DNA from: an uncultured Chloroflexia bacterium
Lineage (GTDB): Bacteria; Chloroflexota; Limnocylindria; Limnocylindrales; CSP1-4
Length of the DNA stretch: 64,000 bases
Assembly (NCBI GenBank): GCA_963805585.1
Contig: CAWDUR010000026.1
Location: 174,089-238,088, forward strand
Reading direction: 5' to 3'
Under the pieces are notes generated by a model. It made no database searches. It was not told the DNA's origin and saw only the letters and a program-made list of their open reading frames with translations. Below, in pieces: positions 52,539 through 61,766 of the stretch (position 1 is its first letter; each line of letters starts with the position of its first letter). Made by a program: the position numbers and the translations under genes.

Positions 52539-53497
52539 ATGACGTGGGAATCCCAGGGCCCCGCGACGCCGCAGGATCCGCGATGGAGTGACGAGCCCAA
52601 CCGCGATCAACCGGGCAGCCGCCACCGCCTGGCTACCAGCCGCCCGGCTACCCGCCCCCCGCCCCCGGGCTACCCGCCCCCGCCCCCGGGCTATCAGCCC
52701 CCGCCCCCGGGCTATCCGCCTCCGCCGGCTACCCGCCGCCCGGCTACTCCGCCTCCGCCCCCGGCGGCTACCCGCCCCCCGGCGGCTACCCGCCCCCACC
52801 CCCGGGCTACCCGCCCACCGGCTACCTGCCGCCGGAGCCCGCCTGGCAGCTGCCGCCCGCCTATCCACTGGCCCCCGACGCCTACCCCGTCAACGTCTCC
52901 TACGACCGGCTCGCGCGCATCAACCGACTCTGGGGCATCCCGCTCGTCGGTCTTCTCGTCCGTACCATCCTCGTCATCCCGCACTTCCTCGTGCTCGTGC
53001 TCGTGGCGCTTCGTGGCCGCGCTGCTCTCTCTCGTGACCTGGATCCCGGTGCTGCTCCTGGGACGTTTCCCGGGCTGGGGCTACCGCTGGATCGGAGGCC
53101 TGATCGGCTGGTACCTGCGAGTGCAGGCCTACCTCGAGCTGCTGACGCCGACCTATCCGCCCTTCTCCCTGTCCGGCGAGGGAGCACCCCGTCACGGTGC
53201 GCTACGACGAGGGCGTGCGCATCAATCGCCTCTGGGGCATCCCGCTCATCGGGATCTGGGTGCGCGCCCTCATCCTCATCCCGCACTACTGTCGTGCTCT
53301 GGCTCTTCGGCGTCCTGGTGGCCATCCTGCTCTGGTTCACCTGGGTGCCCGTGCTCATCACGGGTCGCCAGGCGGACATCATCTACACCCTCGTCGGCGG
53401 CTTCAATCGCTGGTACCTGCGTGTCCTCGCCTACCAGCTCCTGATGGTCGACCGCTACCCGCCCTTCTCGCTTGGAGAGGATGACCCACGACTGTGA
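52539..53497 (+). pseudogene. PPGY-repeat proline-rich protein with two DUF4389 membrane domains; several apparent frameshifts inside C/G homopolymer runs
   Basis: MTWESQGPATPQDPRWSDEPNRDQ..PGYPPPPPGYQPPPPGYPPPP..; DUF4389 signatures RINRLWGIPLVGLLVRTILVIPHF and VRINRLWGIPLIGIWVRALILIPHY..YPPFSL in different frames. Confidence 0.6.
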
Positions 53498-53623
53498 CCG
53501 ATCCCAGCGCAGACTCCTGACCCTGATGCGCCGGAGGGCGCCGACCCGGCCGACGACCTGGGCGGCGCCCTCGAAGCGGCCGAGGCGACCCTCGCTCGCA
53601 AGCCCGAGATCGACTACCTCCTG

Positions 53624-54007
53624 GTGGCGGACCGGGCCGAGGTCGTCAACGGCAAGCTCTACCTCATGGGTGGCGCCTGGGACCGCATCCAGCCGCCGAC
53701 GTTCCCGCACCGCATGATCCTGGGCATCGCGCTGGGCGTGCGCATCCCCTTCGCCCACACCGATGACCAGCACACGGTCGCGGTGGAGATGAACCAGGAC
53801 GAGCAACGTCTGGTCGGGTTCGAGGCCAAGCTGACCACGGGTCGGCCGCCCGGCATGGCGGGCATGGACATGCTCGTGCCGATGGCCTTCAACATCCCCC
53901 TGGCCATCCCCGCGGAAGGGCAGGTGGTGCTGCGCGCGTCCGTGGATGGCCGTGCGCCGCGCCGCCACGAGATCAGGGTCGCGCAGCGAGTGTCCCGCCC
54001 CGCCTGA
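53624..54007 (+). CDS. hypothetical protein (GTG start)
   Basis: 127 aa; ..KLYLMGGAWDRIQPPTFPHRMILGIALGVRIPFAHTDDQHTVAVEMNQDEQRLVGFEAKL.. Confidence 0.45.
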   Translation: MADRAEVVNGKLYLMGGAWDRIQPPTFPHRMILGIALGVRIPFAHTDDQHTVAVEMNQDEQRLVGFEAKLTTGRPPGMAGMDMLVPMAFNIPLAIPAEGQVVLRASVDGRAPRRHEIRVAQRVSRPA

Positions 54008-54143
54008 GATCGTCCCAGGGCGGCGCCCGGCCCACGTTGACGAGGTGGGGCCCCCGGGCTAGACTAATCCTGACGAATTCAGTCGGGATTATCGCCGGCG
54101 CCGCAGGTCGCGGCGACGCAGCGGCCCGGCGCAGGAGGCCTTC

Positions 54144-54660
54144 GTGCGCACCACCACCCCGTCATCCGGAGCCCTCCACTTCTCCACGCGTGGGGAGTAC
54201 GGCGTGCGTCTCATGGTGGAGTTGGCCCGCCACCATGGCAGCGGGCCGGTGAGTCTCTCGGAGATGGCCGAGCACGAGGACCTGCCCCGTCCCTACCTGG
54301 AGCAGCTCGTGGTCAGCCTGCGGGAAGCCGGCCTCGTCACCAGCACCCGCGGCGCCCACGGTGGATACGAGCTCTCACGGCATCCGTCGCGCATCCACAT
54401 GGCGAGAGGTGGTGACCGCCCTCGAGGGCCCCATCGCGCCCATGATCTGCGCCAGCGGGATCTCCACCCGGTCGAGCTCTGCTCCCGCGGCGGCTACTGC
54501 TCCGTGGATCTGCTCTGGCGCCGCGTCCGCGACGCCGTCGTGGCGGCCCTGGAGTCGACCTCCCTCGCCGAGCTCACCTCGCCCGGCCCCGGCCACCCAG
54601 CGCACCCCACGTCCTCTGACCGCGCCGACCAGCCTGCTCTTCATGATGCGGTCCTCGTGA
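54144..54660 (+). pseudogene. Rrf2-family transcriptional regulator (IscR/SufR-like position upstream of sufC), apparent frameshift near 54400
   Basis: ..LHFSTRGEYGVRLMVELARHHGSGPVSLSEMAEHEDLPRPYLEQLVVSLREAGLVTSTRGAHGGYELSR (frame A); ..EVVTALEGPIAPMICAS.. (frame B, Cys ligand region). Confidence 0.6.
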
Positions 54661-54709
54661 CCGTCCGACCACGACCCGACCGCCTCGCCAAGGAGTCAAT
54701 CGTCCAGCC

Positions 54710-55645
54710 ATGAATCCTGATACCGCCACCCTGCCCGGCGACTCCCAGACCACCACCAGCCCGGCCACCGCAGCGGGGGACACGGACCGCGTCCTCATCA
54801 TCCGCGACCTGCACGTCGTCCCTGCGGCCGATCCGTCGCGTGAGATCCTGCGCGGCATCGACCTGGAGGTCCGCAAGGGCGAGGTCCACGCCATCATGGG
54901 CCGCAACGGCTCGGGCAAGACGACCCTGGCCTACGCTCTCATGGGCCACCCTGCCTACCAGGTCACGGCCGGGGAGGTCATCTGGAAAGGCCTGGACATC
55001 CTCAAGCTCAGCCCCGACAAGCGTGCTCGCCTGGGACTCTTCCTGGCCTTCCAGTACCCCACTGCCGTGCCCGGGCTCTCCGTGGCCTCCTTCCTGCGCA
55101 CGGCACTCAACGCGCGCCGACGCGGGCTGGAGGGCGGCGACGGCGAGATCGACCCCTCCGACCCCACCCGGGGCGGCATCAAGATGGGCGAGTTCCGCAC
55201 GCTCCTGCGCGACAAGATGGCGCTCCTGCGGCTGGACGATTTGTTCGCCGGACGCTATGTCAACGAGGGCTTCTCCGGTGGTGAGAAGAAGCGCCTGGAG
55301 ATGCTCCAGATGGCCATCCTGGAGCCGGAGTTCGCGATCCTCGACGAGACCGATTCGGGCCTCGACATCGATGCCCTGCGCGTCGTGGCGGAGGGCGTCA
55401 ATGCACAGCTCAGCCCAGACCTGGGCGTGCTCCTCATCACCCATTACCAGCGCCTGCTCAACTACATCGAGCCCGACCTCGTCCACGTCCTGGCGCACGG
55501 CCGCATCATCGCCTCAGGCGGCAAGGACCTGGCGCTGCGGCTGGAGGACGAGGGTTACGCGCCCATCCTGCGCGAGGCCGGCTTCGACATCGACGTGCTC
55601 GACGAGGACCCCGAGGTGGAGCGCCTCGAGGGTCAGGCGAGCTGA
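54710..55645 (+). CDS. sufC: Fe-S cluster assembly ATPase SufC
   Basis: 311 aa intact; IMGRNGSGKTTLAYALMGHPAY, FSGGEKKRLEMLQMAIL, ILDETDSGLDID, LLITHYQR. Confidence 0.9.
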   Translation: MNPDTATLPGDSQTTTSPATAAGDTDRVLIIRDLHVVPAADPSREILRGIDLEVRKGEVHAIMGRNGSGKTTLAYALMGHPAYQVTAGEVIWKGLDILKLSPDKRARLGLFLAFQYPTAVPGLSVASFLRTALNARRRGLEGGDGEIDPSDPTRGGIKMGEFRTLLRDKMALLRLDDLFAGRYVNEGFSGGEKKRLEMLQMAILEPEFAILDETDSGLDIDALRVVAEGVNAQLSPDLGVLLITHYQRLLNYIEPDLVHVLAHGRIIASGGKDLALRLEDEGYAPILREAGFDIDVLDEDPEVERLEGQAS

Positions 55646-55674
55646 CCGGGCCGGGCTCCTGACCCGAACCCGAT

Positions 55675-57030
55675 GTGGCACCCGTGAACGACCACCCTCC
55701 GCTCGACCCGGACGTCATCCGCCGCGACTTTCCCATCTTCGAACGCGACTTCGGGGGGCGGCGGCTGGCCTACCTGGACAGCGCCGCCACGTCTCTCAAG
55801 CCGCGCCCTGTCATCGATGCCGTCACCGCCTATCACAGCCGCTACAGCGCCAATGTGCATCGCGGCATCTACACCATCGGCGAGGAAGCCACGGCGGCCT
55901 ACGAGGGCGCCCGTCAGAAGGTGGCGCGCTTCCTGGGCGCCACGGACGCCCGCCAGATCGTCTTCGTGCGCAACGCCACGGAGGCCATCAACCTGGTGGC
56001 CTACGCCTGGGGCCGGCGCAACATCGGTCGGGCCGACACGATCGTCCTGACCGAGCTGGAGCACCACGCCAACCTGGTGCCCTGGCAGCTGCTGGCCCAG
56101 GAGAAGGACGCCGACCTGGAGTTCGTGCCCTTCGACGTCGAGGGGCGCCTGAACATGGATGCCTGGGATGCGCTGCTGCGCACGCGTCCACGACTGGTGG
56201 CCTTCACCCACAAGTCCAACGCACTGGGCACGCTCCTGCCCGTTCGCGAGATGGTGCGGCAGGCTCATGCGGCCGGCGCGCTCGTGTTGGTGGACGGCGC
56301 CCAGGCCGTGCCGCACCTGCCCGTGGACGTGGTGGACCTCGACGCCGACTTCTACGTCTTCTCCGGCCACAAGGTCCTGGGGCCGGCCGGCTCGGGGGCG
56401 CTCTGGGCACGGCCCGAGATCCTCGAGGCCATGCCGCCCTTCATGAGCGGCGGCGAGATGATCAGCTCCGTGCACCTGCGGCATACGACGTTCAACGAGA
56501 TCCCCCACAAGTTCGAGGCGGGCACGCCGGACGTCGGGGCGGCCATCGGCCTGGGCGCGGCGATCGACTACCTCTCGGAGATCGGCATGGAGCGTGTCGC
56601 CGCTCACGAAGAGGCCCTCACCGAGTACGCCCTGGAGGTGCTGCCGCGAGAGGTGCCCGGCATCCGCATCCACGGGCCGCGCTCGGCCGCCGAGCGGGCC
56701 GGCATCGTCACCTTCACCCTGCCGGAGGCTCATCCTCACGACATCGCCACGCTGCTCGACCGCGAGGCTGTGGCCATCCGCGCCGGCCACCACTGCACCC
56801 AGCCGCTCCACGAGCGCCTGAATCTGCCGGCCACGGGCCGGGCCTCGTTCAACGTGTACAGCAGCCGCGAGGACATCGACCGCCTGGCCAGCGGACTGCG
56901 GGGCGTGCAGCGCCTCTTCGGCAGCCCAGCCCTCGCGGTGCCCGTCCTGCCATCCCCCGAACCCCCCGAGCCGACCTCCCTGCGGGCGGTCGTGCCCGGT
57001 GTGCCGCTGAGCGGCGGCAGCGCCTCCTGA
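55675..57030 (+). CDS. sufS: cysteine desulfurase SufS (PLP-dependent, group II)
   Basis: 451 aa intact; ..RRLAYLDSAATSLKPRPVIDAV..FSGHKVLGPAGSGALW (PLP Lys)..HHCTQPL; GTG start 55675 or 55684. Confidence 0.9.
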   Translation: MAPVNDHPPLDPDVIRRDFPIFERDFGGRRLAYLDSAATSLKPRPVIDAVTAYHSRYSANVHRGIYTIGEEATAAYEGARQKVARFLGATDARQIVFVRNATEAINLVAYAWGRRNIGRADTIVLTELEHHANLVPWQLLAQEKDADLEFVPFDVEGRLNMDAWDALLRTRPRLVAFTHKSNALGTLLPVREMVRQAHAAGALVLVDGAQAVPHLPVDVVDLDADFYVFSGHKVLGPAGSGALWARPEILEAMPPFMSGGEMISSVHLRHTTFNEIPHKFEAGTPDVGAAIGLGAAIDYLSEIGMERVAAHEEALTEYALEVLPREVPGIRIHGPRSAAERAGIVTFTLPEAHPHDIATLLDREAVAIRAGHHCTQPLHERLNLPATGRASFNVYSSREDIDRLASGLRGVQRLFGSPALAVPVLPSPEPPEPTSLRAVVPGVPLSGGSAS

Positions 57031-57068
57031 CCATCCATCCCACCGCATCGAGTACCCTGCACACGCCC

Positions 57069-57488
57069 ATGGACGACCTCTACCGCGACGAGATCCTGGA
57101 ACACTATCGACAGCCCCACAACTTCGGCACGCTGGATGCGCCAGATGCCATGTACGAGGGCAACAACCCGCTCTGCGGCGACCGCATCACGATGATGTTG
57201 GCGCTCGCCGAGGACGGCACCGTCCACGACGTGGCCTTCAGCGGGCGCGGCTGCGCCATCAGCCAGGCCTCGGCATCGCTGCTGACCGACGAAGTCAAGG
57301 GACGGCCGCTCTCGGAGGTGGAGGCCCTCACCAATCAGGACGTCCTCGACCTGCTGGGCATCGAGATCAGCCCGGCGCGCCTGAAGTGCGCGCTGCTCTC
57401 GCTGGACACGTTGCGCCATGCGCTGCGGGATCGCGCCGCTGGTTCGGCCGCCAAGGCCGGTGACCAGGCCGCAGGCGCACCGGCATGA
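57069..57488 (+). CDS. sufU: Fe-S cluster scaffold SufU/NifU-like
   Basis: MDDLYRDEILEHYRQPHNFGTLDAPDAMYEGNNPLCGDRITMMLA..FSGRGCAISQASASLL. Confidence 0.85.
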   Translation: MDDLYRDEILEHYRQPHNFGTLDAPDAMYEGNNPLCGDRITMMLALAEDGTVHDVAFSGRGCAISQASASLLTDEVKGRPLSEVEALTNQDVLDLLGIEISPARLKCALLSLDTLRHALRDRAAGSAAKAGDQAAGAPA

Positions 57489-58672
57489 CCAAGTCGTACC
57501 GGGACCTGCTCCGCGAGGCTCGGGCGAGCGTCCGCGAGGTGACCCCGTCCGAGACCGATCTGGCAGCCCGAGACGGCGCCGTCATCGTCGACGTCCGTGA
57601 GGCGAGTGAGTGGGAGCAGGGCTACATCCCTGGCGCGCACCACGTCTCCAAGTCATACATCGAGCAGGAGATCGAGGGCCTCACCCAGGATCGCGATGCG
57701 CCGGTCATCCTGTACTGCGCGGGCGGCATCCGCTCGCTGTTCGCGGCCCAGACGCTGCAGGCCATGGGTTACACGAACGTGGCCTCCATGAGCGGCGGCT
57801 TCCAGGCCTGGAAGTCGGAAGGTCGAGCCTTCTCCCAGCCGGTCATCCTGAGCAGTGAGCAGAAGCTGCGCTACTCGCGACATCTGCTCATCCCCGAGGT
57901 CGGCGCCGCCGGCCAGGCGAAGCTCCTCGGCTCCCGCGTCCTCTTCATCGGCGCTGGCGGCCTGGGCTCGCCGGCCATGCTCTACCTGGCCGCTGCCGGA
58001 GTGGGCACCATCGGCATCGTCGACTACGACGTCGTGGACGCCTCCAACCTGCAGCGTCAGGTCATCCATCGGCATGACCGCATCGGCATGAAGAAGACGG
58101 AGTCGGCGGCGCAGACCATCAGCGAGCTCAATCCCGACGTCAGCGTCCTGCTGTACGAAGAGATGCTCGGCCCGGACAACGTCGACCGTCTCATTTCCGG
58201 CTACGACCTCATCTTCGACGGCACGGACACCTTCGAGACGCGCTACACGCTCAACGACGCCGCCGTGCGAGCCGGCATCCCCGTCGTGCACGCCTCGGTC
58301 TTCCGCTTCGAGGGCCAGCTGACGGTCTTCGTGCCCCACGAGGGCCCCTGCTACCGCTGCCTCTACCCGACCCCGCCGCCGCCGGAGCTGGCTCCCGGCT
58401 GCTCGGTGGCCGGGGTGCTGGGCGTGGTGCCCGGCGTCATGGGTCTGCTGCAGGCCACGGAGGGCATCAAGGTCCTGCTCGACATCGGTGACTCGCTGGC
58501 CGGGCGCCTGCTCATCTACGATGCCCTGGAAGGTTCCTTCAGCGAGCTGCAGCTGCGGCGTGACCCCCACTGCCCGGCCTGTGGCGACGGAGAGCTGCCG
58601 GCGCCTGACGCCGCCGACGGTGTCTTCACCTTCCCCCGGCACCCCACGACCACGATGGAGGTGAGCGCATGA
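57485..58672 (+). CDS. sulfur-carrier-protein adenylyltransferase/sulfurtransferase (MoeZ/MoeB-like E1) with N-terminal rhodanese domain and C-terminal ThiF domain
   Basis: rhodanese ILYCAGGIRS (aa ~80); ThiF ..VLFIGAGGLGSPAMLYLAAAGVG..; Zn site CYRC..CPAC; 395 aa. Confidence 0.8.
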   Translation: MTKSYRDLLREARASVREVTPSETDLAARDGAVIVDVREASEWEQGYIPGAHHVSKSYIEQEIEGLTQDRDAPVILYCAGGIRSLFAAQTLQAMGYTNVASMSGGFQAWKSEGRAFSQPVILSSEQKLRYSRHLLIPEVGAAGQAKLLGSRVLFIGAGGLGSPAMLYLAAAGVGTIGIVDYDVVDASNLQRQVIHRHDRIGMKKTESAAQTISELNPDVSVLLYEEMLGPDNVDRLISGYDLIFDGTDTFETRYTLNDAAVRAGIPVVHASVFRFEGQLTVFVPHEGPCYRCLYPTPPPPELAPGCSVAGVLGVVPGVMGLLQATEGIKVLLDIGDSLAGRLLIYDALEGSFSELQLRRDPHCPACGDGELPAPDAADGVFTFPRHPTTTMEVSA

Positions 58673-58944
58673 CCGCGGTCCGCATCCCGCCCGTGCTGCG
58701 CGCACAGGCCGGCAACCAGAAGCGCGTGGAGGTGAGCGGCGCGACCGTGGGCGATGCTCTCGCGTCGCTCATGGAGCAGCACCCGGGCCTGCGCGAGCAG
58801 GTCTTCAGCGCGGACGGCGAGCTCAACCGCTTCGTCAACGTCTACGTCAACGGCCGCGACGTACGCTATGAGCAGGGCCTGGAGACGCCGGTCGTCGCGG
58901 CCGACGAGGTCATCCTGCTCCCGGCCATGGCCGGAGGCCGGTAG
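58669..58944 (+). CDS. cysO: MoaD/ThiS-family sulfur carrier protein (CysO-like), C-terminus ..AMAGG-R
   Basis: 91 aa; ATGA overlap with upstream E1; ends GGR, one residue after the Gly-Gly. Confidence 0.75.
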   Translation: MTAVRIPPVLRAQAGNQKRVEVSGATVGDALASLMEQHPGLREQVFSADGELNRFVNVYVNGRDVRYEQGLETPVVAADEVILLPAMAGGR

Positions 58945-58956
58945 GGCACGACGCTC

Positions 58957-59976
58957 GTGACGGCGACGCAGGAACCGCTGTCCGGCACGGAGATCGATCG
59001 GCTGCGGCCGCACGCCCACGGCGGCGGCGCGCGCCACGGGGGCCGCTTCCCTTCGATCGTTGACGCCATCGGCTTCACACCGCTGGTGGAGGTCCCCAAC
59101 GTCTGCCCCAATCCCAACGTCCGGCTCTACGCCAAGCTCGAGTTCATGAACCCCACGGGCTCCGTGAAGGACCGTGTCGCCAAGTACCTCATCGAGGATC
59201 TCGAGCGCTCAGGCCGCCTCTCGCCGGACTCCATCATCATCGAACCGACCAGCGGCAACACCGGCATCGGGCTGGCCATGATCGCGCGCCGCAAGGGCTA
59301 CCGCGTGGCCGTCGTGGTGCCGGACAACGTGACCATGGAGCGGCGCCAGTTGCTGGCCCTCTTCGGCGCGGAGGTCATCGATTCGCCCGGGCACCTGGGT
59401 TCCAACGGGGCGATCGCGCTGGCCAAACACCTCGTGGCCAGGGACGCCCGCTTCGTGATGCCTTACCAGTACGGCAACGAGGCCAACCCGCGGGCGCACG
59501 AGGAGACGACCGCGGAGGAGATCATCGCCGACTGCCCGGAGGTCGATGCCTTCGTGGCCGGCCTGGGCACCGGCGGGACGCTCATGGGCGTGGGGCGCCG
59601 CCTGCGCCGCCACAACCCCGACGTGCGCATCTACGCGGCCGAGCCACTGCCCGGTGAGCGTGTGCAGGGCCTGCGCTCCCTCGATGAGGGCTTCATCCCC
59701 GAGATCTTCGATGCCTCCGTGCTGGACGGCAGGCTCCTCGTCTCCAACGCGCAGGCCATCGAGGCGCTCCGCGAGCTCACCGACCGGGAGGGCATCTTCG
59801 CCGGCGTCTCCTGCGGTGCGGTCATGGTGGCGGCCAAGCAGCTGGCGCGCGAGATGGAGCGCGGCACCATCGTGGCCCTCTTGGCCGATGGCGGCTGGAA
59901 GTACCTCAGCGAGGACGTCTGGACGCGGGACCTGGACGCCGACGAGGACGTCGTCGACAGCCTGAACCTGTGGTGA
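58957..59976 (+). CDS. cysM: cysteine synthase, CysM-like (O-phosphoserine/thiocarboxylate-dependent, PLP fold type II)
   Basis: ..KLEFMNPTGSVKDRVAKYLIE (PLP Lys).. EPTSGNTGIGLAMIA..; GTG start 58957. Confidence 0.85.
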   Translation: MTATQEPLSGTEIDRLRPHAHGGGARHGGRFPSIVDAIGFTPLVEVPNVCPNPNVRLYAKLEFMNPTGSVKDRVAKYLIEDLERSGRLSPDSIIIEPTSGNTGIGLAMIARRKGYRVAVVVPDNVTMERRQLLALFGAEVIDSPGHLGSNGAIALAKHLVARDARFVMPYQYGNEANPRAHEETTAEEIIADCPEVDAFVAGLGTGGTLMGVGRRLRRHNPDVRIYAAEPLPGERVQGLRSLDEGFIPEIFDASVLDGRLLVSNAQAIEALRELTDREGIFAGVSCGAVMVAAKQLAREMERGTIVALLADGGWKYLSEDVWTRDLDADEDVVDSLNLW

Positions 59977-60605
59977 GCGGCGACGATCGCCGACCGGTCC
60001 CTGGCGAGTCCGCCGGCGTCGGCGCCCCTGCGGTCCGCTCGACGGCCGACGAGCCGGCCACCACGGGCGACCCCAGCGTCCCCGAGGTGGCGGCCTGGCA
60101 GCAGGCGGCCGACAGCGGCGCCGCCACTCGGGATGGCCAGGCTGCGGCCGCCCCAGACGCCCGCCGCCGCGGCGGTCCGCCCTGGACGCCCGCCTCCGCC
60201 GCGCTGCCCGCCGCCATCCGCGAGGAGCTCATCGACTGGTTGCGCGGCGCCCTGCCCAACGAGGGCTGCGGCCTGCTCGTCTCCGACCGCTCGGCGGAGG
60301 ATGGTGGTCTCCCGTATCGCTTCACGGGCCTCCGCAACGCGGCCGCCTCGCCGTACCGCTACCTCATGGACCCCGAGGAGCAGCTGCGCGTCCTGCTCGA
60401 GATCGATGACGCCAACGAGGTCGTGTGGGCCATCGTGCACTCGCACGTGGCCTCTCCTCCGCGGCCCTCGGCCACCGACGTCGGGTTGGCAGCCTACCCG
60501 GATGCCCTGTATCTCATCTGCTCGTTCGAAGGCCAGACGCCCGACCTGCGCGCCTGGACCATCGTCGACGGCGCCGTCAACGAGGTGGTGCTGGAGCCGG
60601 TCTGA
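59970..60605 (+). CDS. mec: Mov34/MPN (JAMM) metalloprotease, Mec+ type; N-terminal ~80 aa low complexity, start uncertain
   Basis: ..EGCGLLVSD..; JAMM motif HSHVASPPRPSATD; GTG 59970 overlapping cysM stop. Confidence 0.7.
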   Translation: MVSGDDRRPVPGESAGVGAPAVRSTADEPATTGDPSVPEVAAWQQAADSGAATRDGQAAAAPDARRRGGPPWTPASAALPAAIREELIDWLRGALPNEGCGLLVSDRSAEDGGLPYRFTGLRNAAASPYRYLMDPEEQLRVLLEIDDANEVVWAIVHSHVASPPRPSATDVGLAAYPDALYLICSFEGQTPDLRAWTIVDGAVNEVVLEPV

Positions 60606-60711
60606 GGGCACGGCACGCGGCAGCCTGAGGGGCGCCCAGCAGCGAGGGCGATCAGAAGCGCCACGCACGCGGCGATACACTCGCGGCCACAGTCACGAAA
60701 GGAGCGTCTCC

Positions 60712-61212
60712 ATGAGTCAGCTACTCGTCGTCACCTTCGAGCGCCGGGAGAGTGGCGGGCAAGCCAGCGAGCGCCTCAAGTCGCTGCAGAGCGCCCACGG
60801 CGCCCAGATCGACGACATGGCGGTCGTGGAGAAGGACGCCGAAGGGCAGATCCACGTCCACCACGGCATGGACAAGACCACGGCCGGCGGGGCCATCGTG
60901 GGCGGCACCCTGGGTCTCCTGCTCGGCCTCGTCTTCTTCCCGCTGGCGGGCCTGGCCATCGGCGCCGCCTTCGGCGGGCTCATCGGCCGCTCGCTGCACC
61001 ACAACATCGACAAGAAGCTCATCGAGGACGTCACCAACGATCTGACCCCGAACACGTCTGCCCTCTTCGTGCTGGGCACCGGCAACGCCTCGGCCGTGGT
61101 CAGCGCTCTCGAGCCGTACAAGGGCAAGGTCTACCAGACCACGCTCGACTCCGAGGCTGAGGCGCAGATCCAGGCCGCGCTGGACCGGGGTGAGGAGAGC
61201 CAGGAAGGCTAG
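60712..61212 (+). CDS. DUF1269-family membrane protein
   Basis: MSQLLVVTFERRESGGQASERLKSLQSAHGAQIDDMAVVEKDAEGQIHVHHGMDKTTAGGAIVGGTLGLLLGLVFFPLAGLAIGAAFGGLIG; aaaggagcg SD. Confidence 0.7.
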   Translation: MSQLLVVTFERRESGGQASERLKSLQSAHGAQIDDMAVVEKDAEGQIHVHHGMDKTTAGGAIVGGTLGLLLGLVFFPLAGLAIGAAFGGLIGRSLHHNIDKKLIEDVTNDLTPNTSALFVLGTGNASAVVSALEPYKGKVYQTTLDSEAEAQIQAALDRGEESQEG

Positions 61213-61228
61213 GCGCACCCGGCGGGGT

Positions 61229-61675
61229 TCACTCCTCGCCGATGTCCTCGCTCCAGATGCCCGGGTAGCGCGCGATGAACTCGGCCATGAGCGCCTTGCA
61301 CTCGGCCGAGTCGAGGTTCACGACCTCCACGCCGCGGGAGCGCAGGTAGTCCTCGCCGCCCATGAACGTCGCGTTCTCGCCGACGACGACGCGCGGGATG
61401 CCGTACAGCAGGATGGCGCCCGTGCACATGTCGCATGGTGAGAGGGTCGTGTACATGGTGCTGCGGCGATAGACCGAGGCGTGCAGCCGGCCGATGTTCT
61501 CCAGGCAGTCCGTCTCGCCGTGGCGGATGGCGCTGCCCTGCTGGACGCGCCGGTTGTGGCCTGAGCCCAGGACCCGGCCGTCGGCCACGAGGGCCGCGCC
61601 CACGGGTACGCCGCCCTCCGAGAGGCCGATGGCGGCCTCCTCGATGGCGATCCTCATGAAGTCCTGGTCGTCCAT
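61229..61675 (-). CDS. nucleoside/nucleotide deaminase (CMP/dCMP-type zinc-binding; guanine/cytosine deaminase-like)
   Basis: HGETDCLEN (H-x-E) and SPCDMC (PC-x2-C) zinc motifs; 148 aa. Confidence 0.8.
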   Translation of the reverse strand: MDDQDFMRIAIEEAAIGLSEGGVPVGAALVADGRVLGSGHNRRVQQGSAIRHGETDCLENIGRLHASVYRRSTMYTTLSPCDMCTGAILLYGIPRVVVGENATFMGGEDYLRSRGVEVVNLDSAECKALMAEFIARYPGIWSEDIGEE

Positions 61676-61766
61676 GTCCCCTCCTGTGACTGTCGCTCAC
61701 GACGCCCGATCAGCGCCCTGCGGCGCCCGCCAGCGGCGCCAGCTGGCGCCGCTGCCATGTCGCAGC

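Noticed and set aside
51504-52868. 454-aa minus-strand ORF
   Set aside because: Antisense of the BI-1 gene and the PPGY-repeat gene. Low-complexity Arg/Gly/Asp translation.
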